Both the position numbers and the translations under genes were made by a program. 56,859 bases of DNA from a virus (lineage: Duplodnaviria; Caudoviricetes): positions 1 through 56,859 of the IMG/VR virus record IMGVR_UViG_3300031949_000044. One strand, given 5' to 3'. Numbering within the stretch: the first letter of the stretch is position 1; each line of letters starts with the position of its first letter. Positions 34,236-44,913 of this stretch are shown one piece after another. Under the pieces are notes generated by a model. That model made no database searches and had not been told where the DNA came from. It saw only the letters and a list, made by a program, of their open reading frames with translations.

Positions 34236-35231
34236 ATGGCAAGGCTGATCGGACCGGACGCGGGCTCACGACTGGTCTACGTCCTGTCCGGCAGTCTGCT
34301 GCGATCGGCTGCCGGATACACCGCCACCATCTACTCCGACGCAGCCGGCACAATCCTGGCCGATATCGCCGCATACCAGCCGCTGATCCCCGGTACGCCG
34401 GGTGCCGTGATCGTCGGCTCCACGGTGCTGGTCAATTCCAATAGCCAGTTGCCGTTGTTCTGGTTTCCACTGTCTGGCCAGGACACGTTGTACGCACGGG
34501 TCGGTGGGGTGTCCTCGCCGGTCGTGGCCATCAATGCCGACTATGACGCCCGGATCGACCTGTTGATCGCTGCGTCTGGTGTCCTGTCGGTCAATGGCGA
34601 CATAGGACCAGCGGTCCTACTCACTTCGGTCAATACTCCGCCGGCCAGTATCGGTGCCGCAGCCACTGTACATGTACATGCTGGCGAGGACGTCACCGCC
34701 GGGACGGTAGCCACAGCCCGCCTGGACACCGGCGTTGCGGGGACTCAGGTAGCCCTGGGCAACCATACCCACCCGAGTACTGGCGGAGTCGCCACCAGTA
34801 GTGGCTACATTGTCGCCGGAGACCAGATCCTGACCAACGTCGGGTCTACCTGGACCGTAGTGCCTGGACTCGGGGGATTAACCATCCCTGCCGTGGTCGG
34901 TGACCGGATTGAGATTCAGTTCTCGTTCCTGGCCCGGATGCTCGGCACGAACTTCCTGGACTCCTGTGTGACCGTTGGTGGCGTCATTCAACGGGCGGCC
35001 AGCAACGGGACCGCGACTCCGGCGGTAGAGGGTGACCCAACCGCATACCGGGATGCTGGGGACAACGAGGTCCGGGGTACTGGACCGTTCTTCTTCACCG
35101 CAGCGTCCGGTGACCTGAGCGGTGGCAACGTCACATTTGGCCTGTTCTTCAAGGGCACCGGTACGACGTCAGTGGTCTACAACAGCGCCAACTATCCTTT
35201 CCGTTGGGTCGCGAAGAACTACGGCCCGTAG
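34236..35231 (+). CDS. Fiber-like/minor structural protein
   Basis: VLSVNG and HxH fiber-type motifs; beta-rich C-terminus. Confidence 0.6.
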   Translation: MARLIGPDAGSRLVYVLSGSLLRSAAGYTATIYSDAAGTILADIAAYQPLIPGTPGAVIVGSTVLVNSNSQLPLFWFPLSGQDTLYARVGGVSSPVVAINADYDARIDLLIAASGVLSVNGDIGPAVLLTSVNTPPASIGAAATVHVHAGEDVTAGTVATARLDTGVAGTQVALGNHTHPSTGGVATSSGYIVAGDQILTNVGSTWTVVPGLGGLTIPAVVGDRIEIQFSFLARMLGTNFLDSCVTVGGVIQRAASNGTATPAVEGDPTAYRDAGDNEVRGTGPFFFTAASGDLSGGNVTFGLFFKGTGTTSVVYNSANYPFRWVAKNYGP

Positions 35232-35245
35232 GAGATGATGGAGCC

Positions 35246-36028
35246 ATGGCAGTTCCCGTTGTAGGACCGGTCCCGGTAGCGCCCTGCAACTGGGATATCG
35301 ACACTGTTTGCTGTGACACCTGGGCGGGCTACTCCGACCTGCTCAAGGCTGCGGCCACCGAGTACGCGACCCTGATCCTGTGGGCGGCTACCGGCAGGCG
35401 GTATGGGCTCTGTGAGTACACGGTCCGCCCGTGCACCGAATCCGGTTGCGTGGACTCGATGGGACTGTGGTTCCTCGATGGTGAGTGGTATCCCTACATC
35501 CTGAACGGTCTCTGGTACAACGGCTGCGGTTGTGGTTCCTGTGGCGGTTGCGACTGCGATGGTCGGTCCAAGGTATGGCTGCCCGGACCGGTGGACTCCA
35601 TCACCGAGGTCACCGTTGACGGGATCGTGGTCGATCCTGCCCTGTACCAGGTTGAGGATCGGCAGTGGCTGGTTCGCGTCGATGGGCTGTCCTGGCCCAC
35701 TGGCACGGGAACCGCTGACTTCCAGGTAGTGTATTTCCGAGGCATCCCGGTTCCTGTCGCCCTGATGGTGGCCGCTGGGACTCTTGCCTGCGAATACGCC
35801 AAAGCCTGCCAGGGAGCCGAATGCAGACTGCCCAAGCGCGCCACCAATATCTCCCGGTCCGGGGTGCAGATCACGCTCCAGAACCTGGACGACTTCCTTA
35901 TGGCCGGGCTCACCGGAATCCCCGAAGTCGATATGGTGATCAAGGCCCTGAACCCGAGGGGACTGACTCACCGGCCGAGGCTCTTCTCCCCGGATGTTCC
36001 CAGGGTGAGTACGGTAACTTCACCATGA
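35246..36028 (+). CDS. Head-to-tail adaptor
   Basis: LWAATGRRYG, CRLPKR, TGIPEVD...NP motifs; position in the operon. Confidence 0.7.
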   Translation: MAVPVVGPVPVAPCNWDIDTVCCDTWAGYSDLLKAAATEYATLILWAATGRRYGLCEYTVRPCTESGCVDSMGLWFLDGEWYPYILNGLWYNGCGCGSCGGCDCDGRSKVWLPGPVDSITEVTVDGIVVDPALYQVEDRQWLVRVDGLSWPTGTGTADFQVVYFRGIPVPVALMVAAGTLACEYAKACQGAECRLPKRATNISRSGVQITLQNLDDFLMAGLTGIPEVDMVIKALNPRGLTHRPRLFSPDVPRVSTVTSP

Positions 36029-36177
36029 AACCTTTCATGATCAATGGACGGGCCATCGTGCCGGCTCCCTTCTGTTCCGGCGATCCAGGCAACAAGAGCT
36101 TCCAGGCCCATCAATGGCTGAGGGTCGGGGAGACCGAGTTCGAGTGCCCCGTCTGTGACGCCTACGGGAGGCTCTAA
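36025..36177 (+). CDS. 50-aa hypothetical protein
   Basis: Coupled at both ends; CxxC. Confidence 0.5.
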   Translation: MKPFMINGRAIVPAPFCSGDPGNKSFQAHQWLRVGETEFECPVCDAYGRL

Positions 36178-36722
36178 TGGCTGACACTCTCGCACTACCC
36201 CTCGCCCAGCTCCTGCTGGACTGTCTCTGTGTCGCGCTCACCGAGCAGCACGTGGAAGCCGACCGTCCCGAGTTCTGCTGCCTCCGCGCCGGGGAACAGG
36301 TCGCTCACGACGCTGGCACGGAACTGGACCTGTGTTGCGCTGGTCTCGCGTACGTACGTATCGGTCCCGTGTTCCCCACCGGTGCGACCGGTTCCCCGTT
36401 CCCCAGTCCTGAAACCGACGCGGCGATCACTGACTGTGGCGTCATGGCCTGGGGTGTCTCGCTGGTCGCCGGAGTCTTGCGCTGTTCTCCGCAGGGTGAC
36501 GACAAGTTTCCACCCACCTGCGAGGAGTGGAACGAAGCGGCCAGGATCGATAGCCTGGACAAGAAGGCACTCCGGCTGGCTCTGTGCTGTTTCCTGGAGT
36601 CGAACTCTCTGGACTCCGGTGACGTGGCGATCGGCGCGATCACACCAAATGGTCCGGCTGGAGGATGCCTGGAGAACTCCGTGGGTATCTCGGTCATGAG
36701 AATCAACAACGAGTGTTGCTAG
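36177..36722 (+). CDS. Tail terminator/neck protein (tentative)
   Basis: Position in the operon; GPAGGC motif near the C-terminus. Confidence 0.55.
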   Translation: MADTLALPLAQLLLDCLCVALTEQHVEADRPEFCCLRAGEQVAHDAGTELDLCCAGLAYVRIGPVFPTGATGSPFPSPETDAAITDCGVMAWGVSLVAGVLRCSPQGDDKFPPTCEEWNEAARIDSLDKKALRLALCCFLESNSLDSGDVAIGAITPNGPAGGCLENSVGISVMRINNECC

Positions 36723-36730
36723 GAGATGGC

Positions 36731-37090
36731 ATGGCTGAAGTGACGTACGCGGTGGCCAACCGATCGTTCGGTACCATCCGCAAGGGTGAAGTTATCGAGG
36801 TCACCGAGGATGACGCCCGTGGTCAGGCGTACCTGGCCTCCGGTTACCTGACCGTGGTGACGGACGGCAAGGGCGCCAAGAAAGTGAAGCCCGGCGACCT
36901 GGATGACAAGCAGCAATGGGACACCGTCGTCTGGTCCGGCGGTGTGACTCCCGGCGCTGGTTTCGATGGCCAGTCGATTGCGGCCAAGACTGGACAGCCA
37001 GTCACCGGAGATGCGGACGTGGCTGGCCTCAAGTCAACGCCGGTCGCGTTCGCCTCGGAGACGGCGATGGAGAAGCCGGCCAAAGAATAG
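36731..37090 (+). CDS. Hypothetical protein
   Basis: AGGAG RBS; high GC3. Confidence 0.6.
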   Translation: MAEVTYAVANRSFGTIRKGEVIEVTEDDARGQAYLASGYLTVVTDGKGAKKVKPGDLDDKQQWDTVVWSGGVTPGAGFDGQSIAAKTGQPVTGDADVAGLKSTPVAFASETAMEKPAKE

Positions 37091-37124
37091 CTTCTCATCG
37101 AACCGGGTCATGGATGATAGGTTC

Positions 37125-37625
37125 ATGGCCCGGTTCGTTCCTGACATCCCACAGATCAACATATTGTCGAAATCCCACGCCCTGGCCGAAGTGTCCAAGC
37201 TGTCCCGGCGCGTGGAAAACAGTGCGAAGCGCCAGGTTCGGGTCGACTCTGGGCGACTGCGGACAAGTATCGGTACCAAGATCACTGAGACCCGGTACAA
37301 GGTCCGGGCCAGAGTCGGTTCCAACGTCCGGCACGCCCTGGTTGAACACGAAGGGGCCAAGCCACACGTCATCGTGGCAAGACGGAAAAAGGCACTGTCC
37401 TTCTACTGGGATAAGGTCGGAGCGCAAGCGTTTGTCCCTCGCGGCGGCTACCCGGGTATGGGCCACATGGTCTTCCGGGGCCGGAACGTGTTCATGATCG
37501 GCAAGGGCTACGTGAACCATCCGGGCACGTCAGGGACCTTCTACCTGACCCATCCACTGGTGCTCCACGGAACGGAGCTGGGATTCCGGGTGGTTCTGAC
37601 CCCCAGGGTGGGGGGTGACGCATAA
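37125..37625 (+). CDS. HK97 gp10-like tail completion protein
   Basis: AKRQVRVDSGRLRTSI...VEHEGAKPH...VNHPGT. Confidence 0.7.
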   Translation: MARFVPDIPQINILSKSHALAEVSKLSRRVENSAKRQVRVDSGRLRTSIGTKITETRYKVRARVGSNVRHALVEHEGAKPHVIVARRKKALSFYWDKVGAQAFVPRGGYPGMGHMVFRGRNVFMIGKGYVNHPGTSGTFYLTHPLVLHGTELGFRVVLTPRVGGDA

Positions 37626-37632
37626 TAGAACC

Positions 37633-38019
37633 ATGGCGAAGCTCCCCGCTGCACTCAGCACGTCCACGATCGAGGGTCAGGTCGTGTCCGAGGTCGATGA
37701 CCGACAGGTCGGCATAGCCACCATCCGGGGCCGCGAAATCAGGATGTACTGGTTCACTGACGACCAGAAGATCGGCTTCATGAGCCTGTTCCGTAGCCTG
37801 GAGCGGGACCCGAATGTGGCTCGTATGTCCCGCTACTTCGATGTTCTGAACCGGCAGGCACGTGACCCTGAAGACATGGACTGGCTGGACGATCAGGTTA
37901 TGTTCGAGGGCCTCACCTACGAGGAGATCATCCCTCAGCTCCTTCAGGCCATGGGATTCACGGACCAGGAAGCCCCGAAGACCGGACCACAGAAGCGTGC
38001 CCGACGCGCTGGGCGGTAG
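37633..38019 (+). CDS. Tail assembly chaperone
   Basis: Upstream of the tape measure gene; basic C-terminus. Confidence 0.6.
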   Translation: MAKLPAALSTSTIEGQVVSEVDDRQVGIATIRGREIRMYWFTDDQKIGFMSLFRSLERDPNVARMSRYFDVLNRQARDPEDMDWLDDQVMFEGLTYEEIIPQLLQAMGFTDQEAPKTGPQKRARRAGR

Positions 38020-38022
38020 TTC

Positions 38023-38589
38023 ATGTCGCCGTACCGGGATCCGGTGGCGAGTCTGTCCCGCGACCCCATCGTGTTCGATTTGCGAGGGAAGAGGTTCACC
38101 GTCCCGGCGATGGCCGCGTCCAACTGGTTGACCCTCTTGCTCAAGGATCGTCTATCGCTCACGGACATCATCCCTGGCCTGCTGTCCGAGGAAGAACAGG
38201 ATGAGGTGAACCTGGGCGTCATTGACGGCAGCGTCACGATCGAAGAAATAACCACCATCGCCGAGGATGTGCTATCAGTAGCCTCTGGCCGGGACTGGTG
38301 GGTGACCGTTCGACTGGTCACCATCGCCAAGATGAACTGGGACATCATCGGTGGAGAGCTGGGCAAACTCGGCTTGGACTGGACGGTCACGCCTCTCGGC
38401 ACCTGGTTGGATGTGGCCTATTCGGTGATGCGGACGGCGATCGCTGAAGGCGGGGACAGCAAGACAGCGCAGAGCCGGTTGACCAAATTCGTCAACGATC
38501 TCGAACGGTCACCGGCCGACCCGAACGAGGAACTGGACGAGGAAGCCGAGGCCGAAGCGTTCATGCGGGCCATGCAGATGGCTTCCTAG
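38023..38589 (+). CDS. Second tail assembly chaperone
   Basis: Immediately before the tape measure gene. Confidence 0.55.
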   Translation: MSPYRDPVASLSRDPIVFDLRGKRFTVPAMAASNWLTLLLKDRLSLTDIIPGLLSEEEQDEVNLGVIDGSVTIEEITTIAEDVLSVASGRDWWVTVRLVTIAKMNWDIIGGELGKLGLDWTVTPLGTWLDVAYSVMRTAIAEGGDSKTAQSRLTKFVNDLERSPADPNEELDEEAEAEAFMRAMQMAS

Positions 38590-38629
38590 TAGGATGAGCC
38601 GGTAAACCCTGCGTGGGAGAGGTGACCTG

Positions 38630-40390
38630 GTGGCGCTCGGAGCCGCGTTCATTACCATCCACGCCGACACCGCGCCCTTTGCCAAGGAACTGGTCAAGGA
38701 AGTCAAGGCCATTCTCAAGGCCACCGAGTCATTGACCAAGGGTGATGCAGACCGACTCGGGCAACGGATCTCCGATGGCATCGGCGGGGGGATCAGGAGA
38801 AACTCCCACCGGGTCCGCAACTCAGTCAAGGATGCCCTGGACGTCGACAGGGGTGGGTTCCTTTCCAACTCCCTGAGGCACGGGTTCGGCAATATGGGCG
38901 TCAAGGCCGGAAGCGCCTTCGTCCAGGGTTTCAGCAAGATCGGTAATCTTCTGGCGTCCGGCCTGGAAAACGGGGTGAAGGCGGCCGGTAACCTGTTCGG
39001 ATCGATCTTCAACGTCTCGGCCAGCTCGCTGGCAGCCGCCTCGGTCATGGTCGCCTTGCTGATATTCACCGGCACGGTGGTTCTACCTGTGGTCATCTCA
39101 GGTGTCATCGCTCTGGCTGGCGCTCTCTCCAACCTGCTTGGGCTCTTCGCCATCATCCCGGCTGCTTTGGGGGTGGTCTTGGCCATCATCCTGCCTCTCG
39201 TAGCGGCGTTCCAGGGATTCGGTGAGGCCATTGGTGCAGTGATCAGCAAGGATCCAAAGAAGATCGCCGAGGCGATGAAGGGCCTGACTCCAGCGGCCCG
39301 GGGGGTCATCAAGGAACTCCAGAAGCTGATGCCGCTGTTTTCTCAGCTTGCCGACATCGCTCAGGAGGCGTTCTTCAAGCCCTTGGCCGGTGATCTGACA
39401 GCGCTGGTCAAGCGGGCCAGCCTGCCACTGCTGCATGGGTTCCAGATTGTCGGAGCTGCTGCCGGCGACTTGGTCAGCGGCATCCTGGCGGCGCTCTCCA
39501 AGCCCGAGATGGTCATCTTCTTCGATGACATGTTCAACGCGGCAGCAGAGGCGCTGACCATCCTGAAGCAGCCGATCATCGACCTGATCACGGCCTTCGC
39601 AGCCATGGCTCAGGCGTCGATGCCGGCGTTCCTGAAGCTGACCGAAGGACTCGGCGCTTTCCTGACCAAATTCTCCAACTGGATCACCCAGAACATCGAG
39701 GACGGATCCTTCCAGGCCTTCCTGGACAAGGCGCTGCTGACTCTCAAGGACATCGGCGACCTGATCGGCGCGGTCATCGAACTGTTCAAGGTCATGTTCC
39801 AGGGCACGGAGGAGGGTGGCCGGACATTCCTGCAACTGATCACCGCAGCTATCAGGGATTTGACCGCCTTCTTCAAGTCGCCGGACGGGCAACGAGCGCT
39901 CCAGGCCATGATCGACCTGGCCGTGGTCTTCGGTGTGGCGCTGGCTGGCGTGATTCTGGTCGCCGGGAAGCTGGCCGGTCAGTTGGAATTTGTGGCAGAG
40001 GTCCTCAGGACCATCATCAGGCTGCTGACTGGAATCGACATTCGAAAGCTGAACGTCGTCGGCCAGTCAGGTGGCACCATCGCCAAGGTTAGTCAGGGAC
40101 TGGGGATCCGTGCCGCCGCCTCCGGTGCCATTGTCACCCATCCGGAACTGATGCAGGTGGGTGAGGGCGGCGCACCCGAGGTCATCATCCCGTTGAACGA
40201 CAGTAACCGTGCCCAGCAACTGGCCGACCAGTCAGGGCTCTCCTCCATGCTCCGTGGCAACAGTGGGAACATCACGTTGATCGCCTATATTGGTGGGCGG
40301 CAGGTGGAGGCGTTCGTGGAAGAGAAGATTGGCTCGGCCTTCGAGTCGCAATCCCGCGCCCTGTTCTACGGTGCCCGGAGCGGTGTCTGA
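38630..40390 (+). CDS. Tape measure protein
   Basis: LGAAFITIHADT N-terminus, long Ala/Leu-rich helical body, GEGGAPEVIIPL C-terminus. Confidence 0.85.
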   Translation: MALGAAFITIHADTAPFAKELVKEVKAILKATESLTKGDADRLGQRISDGIGGGIRRNSHRVRNSVKDALDVDRGGFLSNSLRHGFGNMGVKAGSAFVQGFSKIGNLLASGLENGVKAAGNLFGSIFNVSASSLAAASVMVALLIFTGTVVLPVVISGVIALAGALSNLLGLFAIIPAALGVVLAIILPLVAAFQGFGEAIGAVISKDPKKIAEAMKGLTPAARGVIKELQKLMPLFSQLADIAQEAFFKPLAGDLTALVKRASLPLLHGFQIVGAAAGDLVSGILAALSKPEMVIFFDDMFNAAAEALTILKQPIIDLITAFAAMAQASMPAFLKLTEGLGAFLTKFSNWITQNIEDGSFQAFLDKALLTLKDIGDLIGAVIELFKVMFQGTEEGGRTFLQLITAAIRDLTAFFKSPDGQRALQAMIDLAVVFGVALAGVILVAGKLAGQLEFVAEVLRTIIRLLTGIDIRKLNVVGQSGGTIAKVSQGLGIRAAASGAIVTHPELMQVGEGGAPEVIIPLNDSNRAQQLADQSGLSSMLRGNSGNITLIAYIGGRQVEAFVEEKIGSAFESQSRALFYGARSGV

Positions 40391-41811
40391 TGGGCACCGT
40401 CACCGCGTACCCGGACCCGATCCACGGGTACGTATACCTGGAAGTGGATTGGTCCGATCAGCCCGCCTTGACTCAGGCCCGAGTATTCCGGGTGATCGTA
40501 GCGACAGGCGAGGAGGCACTGGTCCGGGTCCATACCGCCACGGACGGCACCGGTGAGCCGATCATCCTGAACGGTGGCGTAGCGACCCTGTACGACACGG
40601 AGGCGCCACTGGACGTCCTGATCTACTACCGGACCGAGGCCACCGGCTTCACCAGCCTGGGTGTCATCAACACCAACCCATACTTCGAAATCGACACCAG
40701 TGACTGGTCGGTTGTCGCCTCGAATACGATCGCGCGGAGCACGGTCCAGTCTCATCAGGGCGTAGCCTCATTGCTCGTCACCCCGACCGGTGGTGCGACA
40801 GCAGGTGCGGTCACCAGCCGATATCCGGTCACGCTTGGTGAGTCATACACGGTTACGGGCTGGTTCCGTTCCCAGCTCGGATGGCCGGTTACCAGCCTGG
40901 GTGTTGTGTGGCGAGATGGCGGGGGTACAAGTCTCAGCACTTCGCAGGTACTGTTCGCCCTGGTCGCAGCTACCTGGACATTCCAAATCGTCGTGGTCAT
41001 AGCGCCACCGAACGCAGTGACCGGGGAACTGCGAGTACGCCAGGAGGGGACACCAGCGGCCACCGATTTCTGGTACGCGGACGAACTGAAGTTCGAGGGA
41101 CCGCTGTCTGGCATAGCCACTTCATCCCAGGTGATCCTGGCTTCATCAATGGGTCTCTGGCTGAAGGATCCGTTGCGGCCATACAACGATCGACGGATCG
41201 TCCTGAGGTACAACGGATCCACATGCGTTCCCGGCAAGGCGTTGTACTTCAGTGGCCTCGCCGACGAGAGCTACGGAAATCGCGGCGATCTACCAGTCGT
41301 GGTGAACAAGCGAAACCCGATCGCGGTCACTCGTACCCGTGGCGGGATGGCATCCACACTCGGCCTGGTGTCCCGAACGTTTCTTGACCGGGACCTGTTG
41401 AAGGAGACCCTGGCGCCCGGATCGGTGCTCTTCCTCCAGGCGCCCAGCAAGTACGGCATCGAAGACACGTACATGGCCATTGGTGACGTGGACATCGGCC
41501 GCATGTCCAACGATATGCGCCAGCAGTGGCGTCAGTTCAAGATCCCGTTCGTGGAAGCGGACCGTCCCGCCGGCCTGATGTTCGGGACCCTGGGATCGCG
41601 ATGGATGGACATGTGCGATGTGTACGCCACGTTCGCTGCCGCCACTGCCGCTGGGATCAGTTGGTATGACGTGATGCAGGGAGCTGCTGGCGCACCCGGT
41701 GACGGCATCGTGGCGGGTTGGGCTACCTGGTCCTCGGTCGTGGGACAGTACGCCACTTGGACGGACGTGGTTGCCGGTAATGCCACCTGGATAGATCTGG
41801 TGGAGGGCTGA
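40390..41811 (+). CDS. Minor tail protein (Dit-like with a carbohydrate-binding insert)
   Basis: First gene after the TMP; NPYFEIDTSDW...YADEL CBM-like insert; WLKDPLRP. Confidence 0.7.
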   Translation: MGTVTAYPDPIHGYVYLEVDWSDQPALTQARVFRVIVATGEEALVRVHTATDGTGEPIILNGGVATLYDTEAPLDVLIYYRTEATGFTSLGVINTNPYFEIDTSDWSVVASNTIARSTVQSHQGVASLLVTPTGGATAGAVTSRYPVTLGESYTVTGWFRSQLGWPVTSLGVVWRDGGGTSLSTSQVLFALVAATWTFQIVVVIAPPNAVTGELRVRQEGTPAATDFWYADELKFEGPLSGIATSSQVILASSMGLWLKDPLRPYNDRRIVLRYNGSTCVPGKALYFSGLADESYGNRGDLPVVVNKRNPIAVTRTRGGMASTLGLVSRTFLDRDLLKETLAPGSVLFLQAPSKYGIEDTYMAIGDVDIGRMSNDMRQQWRQFKIPFVEADRPAGLMFGTLGSRWMDMCDVYATFAAATAAGISWYDVMQGAAGAPGDGIVAGWATWSSVVGQYATWTDVVAGNATWIDLVEG

Positions 41812-42914
41812 TGCTTGCCGGCGGGACCCTTGGCTACTACAGGAACATCCTCGCCACCAACCCTCGACCAATTCATCGGGTTGAAGTCTGGCGATCCGGC
41901 CTTCGTATCGACACATACGGCGACGAGGGCGTACCGATCTTGGCTGGCAACGTGTCCGCGACCCTGAACTCCCGAGTCACCAGGCAGGCCAACCTTCAGG
42001 TCCCCGAGTCGCTGTTCCCGGCTGATGAGGCTGGACTCTTGGCCCCGTATGGCAACGAGCTACGGATCTGGGCGGGCGTGGATGGTGTGGGCGGCCAGGA
42101 TCCGTTCTGGCAAATCTTCCGGGGCAAGATCCAGAGCACGTCCTGGACAGACAGCGTCACCATCCGGGCATCTGACCGGGCCGAAGAAATCATGAGTGAC
42201 ATCTTCCTTGCTCCGATCAACTCAAACGTTGGCACTACCATCAATGAACAGTTCGTCGATCTGATCAGCAACTCGCTCTCCGATGCCACGTTCGGTACCT
42301 CGGACAGTTTCCATAACCTGGTCCCCAAACTGACCTGGGAAAGTAGCCGTGCCTCCGCACTGGATGAACTCTGCAATGGCTCACGTGCCTTCTGGTACAC
42401 CCTGGCCAATGGCGACTTCGTGATGCGCCGGGTGCCGTGGTCTGTGCCGTCCGTGCCCGTGATGACACTGTCTGACGGTGAAGATGGCACCATCACATCG
42501 GCAACCATCGAACTGAGCCGAGAAGATGTATCCAACGTGGTAAACGTGGTCGGAGAGCGGTCCGACGGAACTCCTCCAGCGTTCGCACTGGTTGCTGACA
42601 ACGATCCATCTTCGCCTACCTGGGTCGATGGGGGATTCGGACGCAAGGGCCTCTTGGTGAAAGCCCAAACAGTCACCACGCCGGGCCAGGCGGCCGAGGT
42701 TGCTGAAGACTCCTTGCTCCGTCACCGGACCCTGACCCAGTCGTGGACGACAACTCAGATTTTCGATCCCGCCCTTGAGTTGGGAGACGCCGTCCTCCTC
42801 CAGGCCAAGGGACGGGAGAGCATCCAAGTGGCAGCTTCGTTCTCCTTGCCATTGAACGGAAGCGCGGAGATGACCGTATCGTGGAGAGCGCAGACACCAG
42901 GCAGTGAGGATTAG
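41811..42914 (+). CDS. Minor tail protein (baseplate hub-like)
   Basis: Position; LAPYGNELR and PALELGD motifs. Confidence 0.7.
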   Translation: MLAGGTLGYYRNILATNPRPIHRVEVWRSGLRIDTYGDEGVPILAGNVSATLNSRVTRQANLQVPESLFPADEAGLLAPYGNELRIWAGVDGVGGQDPFWQIFRGKIQSTSWTDSVTIRASDRAEEIMSDIFLAPINSNVGTTINEQFVDLISNSLSDATFGTSDSFHNLVPKLTWESSRASALDELCNGSRAFWYTLANGDFVMRRVPWSVPSVPVMTLSDGEDGTITSATIELSREDVSNVVNVVGERSDGTPPAFALVADNDPSSPTWVDGGFGRKGLLVKAQTVTTPGQAAEVAEDSLLRHRTLTQSWTTTQIFDPALELGDAVLLQAKGRESIQVAASFSLPLNGSAEMTVSWRAQTPGSED

Positions 42915-42916
42915 TC

Positions 42917-43474
42917 ATGGCAGTGACCGCGAACCGCAGCTACCCGTACTCGATCGCCGCTGACTCCCCCGCCGGCCACACCCAGATCCAGGCCCTCGCC
43001 ACCGCGGTCGATGTGGACATGGCCAACGTGGACCGGTTCTTCTCCGGGTACATGACCGCCGATATCTCGGTGACCAGCTCCACGGTATATGTCAACGCAA
43101 CTGGTCTCTCCTTCGTGATGGCCGCGAACACGCGATACTCGTGGGAAGCCAAGATTTTCTACAGCGCGGTTGGTGCCGCTGACCTGAAATTCGGTTGGAC
43201 TGCGCCAGCCCTGACAACCAACATCTACGGAATCATCGGCCTGGACTCGGCGGCCACGGCGGGTACCGGTGACACCAACTTCATCTACCGGACTCTCATT
43301 GATCAGGTGATCGGCGCCCCGACGGTAGTCAGCAACACGTTCGCGGTGGTCACTGGAACTTTGCAGACGGGGGCGAACGCTGGAACGTATCAGATCCAGT
43401 TCGCCCAGCAGGTATCAAACGCGACAGCCACCACCGTCCGGGCCAATTCCGTGTTGACGGCTCGGCGACTTTAG
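42917..43474 (+). CDS. Minor tail protein
   Basis: YPY...IQALATAVD N-terminus; beta-rich. Confidence 0.65.
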   Translation: MAVTANRSYPYSIAADSPAGHTQIQALATAVDVDMANVDRFFSGYMTADISVTSSTVYVNATGLSFVMAANTRYSWEAKIFYSAVGAADLKFGWTAPALTTNIYGIIGLDSAATAGTGDTNFIYRTLIDQVIGAPTVVSNTFAVVTGTLQTGANAGTYQIQFAQQVSNATATTVRANSVLTARRL

Positions 43475-43708
43475 ATGCCACACAAATTAGCGACCCACAT
43501 CACCGACTTCGTTGGCCCACAGACATCCAGGCGAGTGGGGACAGTCGTCAGTCTCGTGGGTACCACGGTCACCGTTTCAGTGGGTGGAGCCGAGATCGTC
43601 GTAGACGGGTACCTGGCCAGTTACACTCCAGTGGCGGGACACATCGTGTTCCTGCTTCGCGAGGACTCGTCCTGGGTCCTGCTGGGCCAGATCATCGGAC
43701 CGAGCTGA
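43475..43708 (+). CDS. Small tail tip protein
   Basis: GTVVS...YLASYTP..G..V...W.LLG motif. Confidence 0.6.
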   Translation: MPHKLATHITDFVGPQTSRRVGTVVSLVGTTVTVSVGGAEIVVDGYLASYTPVAGHIVFLLREDSSWVLLGQIIGPS

Positions 43709-43717
43709 GGAGTTGTC

Positions 43718-44287
43718 ATGGTGGCTACAACGACCCTTTGGTCAATCCCATACGCCCAGTCCTTTGATCCGTTCTGTGATGGTGCCGCGATCACGCAGGC
43801 GATGGCGGAACGGGTGGATGAGTTGCTCGATAGTCAGGACCTAGCCCTGGCCTTCCTGCAACGACCCGCGTACGCGTCCGTCTCGGTAACCACGAGCGCT
43901 CCGACCGAAAGTTTCCGGATTCGATACGACACTGTCGACGAGGACACCGCGAACCTGGTGGACCTAGCCTTGGATCCGTTCTCGATCTACCCGGATCCGC
44001 CTGGCATTTGGATAAGTGGAACCAATAGCGCGACCACGACTATTGCCGCTGGCGCCACGGAAACGTGGCAAACCGGTGTTCACTATAATCTACAAACGGT
44101 CTTCCAGGATCAAACGATCCGCGAAGAGACGAGCTTCAGAGCGATTGGTTCAATATCGACCGGGGTCATATATGTGGTTACGGAAGATTATCGGCTAGAC
44201 ACTAGCCTAGTTGGTTCCGGTGTCACCCTGGTGGCAGATATATACAAGGCTCGATTCTGGTCTTGGCGTTACTCGGATCTACCATAG
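43718..44287 (+). CDS. Minor tail protein
   Basis: IPY..D....QAMAERVD N-terminus shared with neighbours. Confidence 0.65.
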   Translation: MVATTTLWSIPYAQSFDPFCDGAAITQAMAERVDELLDSQDLALAFLQRPAYASVSVTTSAPTESFRIRYDTVDEDTANLVDLALDPFSIYPDPPGIWISGTNSATTTIAAGATETWQTGVHYNLQTVFQDQTIREETSFRAIGSISTGVIYVVTEDYRLDTSLVGSGVTLVADIYKARFWSWRYSDLP

Positions 44288-44295
44288 GAGATGGC

Positions 44296-44913
44296 ATGGA
44301 ATCGACCGACTCCCAGCTCCTGCCATATCCTGAGCCTGAGGACTTTGCCAACGGCAGCCAGCAACTAAAGCTTCTAGCTGAGGCTATTGACGCCAAGCTG
44401 GCCGTCCTCAATATGGGCTACGATACGATCCTTACTCGACCGACCGTCCTGAAGAGCGCCACTCCGTCAAGCCAGACGATCTTCGCGAATATTTCCACGA
44501 CCGTAAGTATCCCCAACGTAGTTTACAATTCCTCCAGTACCGCCACGCAGGCAAGCACCACCTCGATCAATTTGCCTTTCTATCCGGCTGGTATCTGGAT
44601 GGCTGGCGGTTATGTGGCGACCAATCCGGCGGGTGCCGTCAATCAGGACACATTACGGATCGTTACGCTTCGAGTCGTTGATCAGAGAATCCAACCTGGG
44701 ACTGGAATAGTCAGCTACGAAGAGATCTGGGATCACAGTGGCTCGCAAACCAATACCGGTGGTGACTTCACAACGTTCAGTCAAACATTCGAGATCCATG
44801 ACCCTGAAAATGCTTTCCTACAATGTAAATTGTTTCATGGCAACACCGGCAGCGGCCTAATTGTTACCGGAGCATTTCTCTGGGCTCTTTATATCGGAGA
44901 GTTGGCGATCTGA
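44296..44913 (+). CDS. Minor tail protein (lower GC, possible receptor-binding protein)
   Basis: LPYPEP.D....LAEAID N-terminus. Confidence 0.65.
   Translation: MESTDSQLLPYPEPEDFANGSQQLKLLAEAIDAKLAVLNMGYDTILTRPTVLKSATPSSQTIFANISTTVSIPNVVYNSSSTATQASTTSINLPFYPAGIWMAGGYVATNPAGAVNQDTLRIVTLRVVDQRIQPGTGIVSYEEIWDHSGSQTNTGGDFTTFSQTFEIHDPENAFLQCKLFHGNTGSGLIVTGAFLWALYIGELAI

Noticed and set aside
37633-38589. Programmed frameshift between the tail assembly chaperones
   Set aside because: The two ORFs are in the same frame separated by TAG, and no slippery site was evident; readthrough cannot be judged from sequence.
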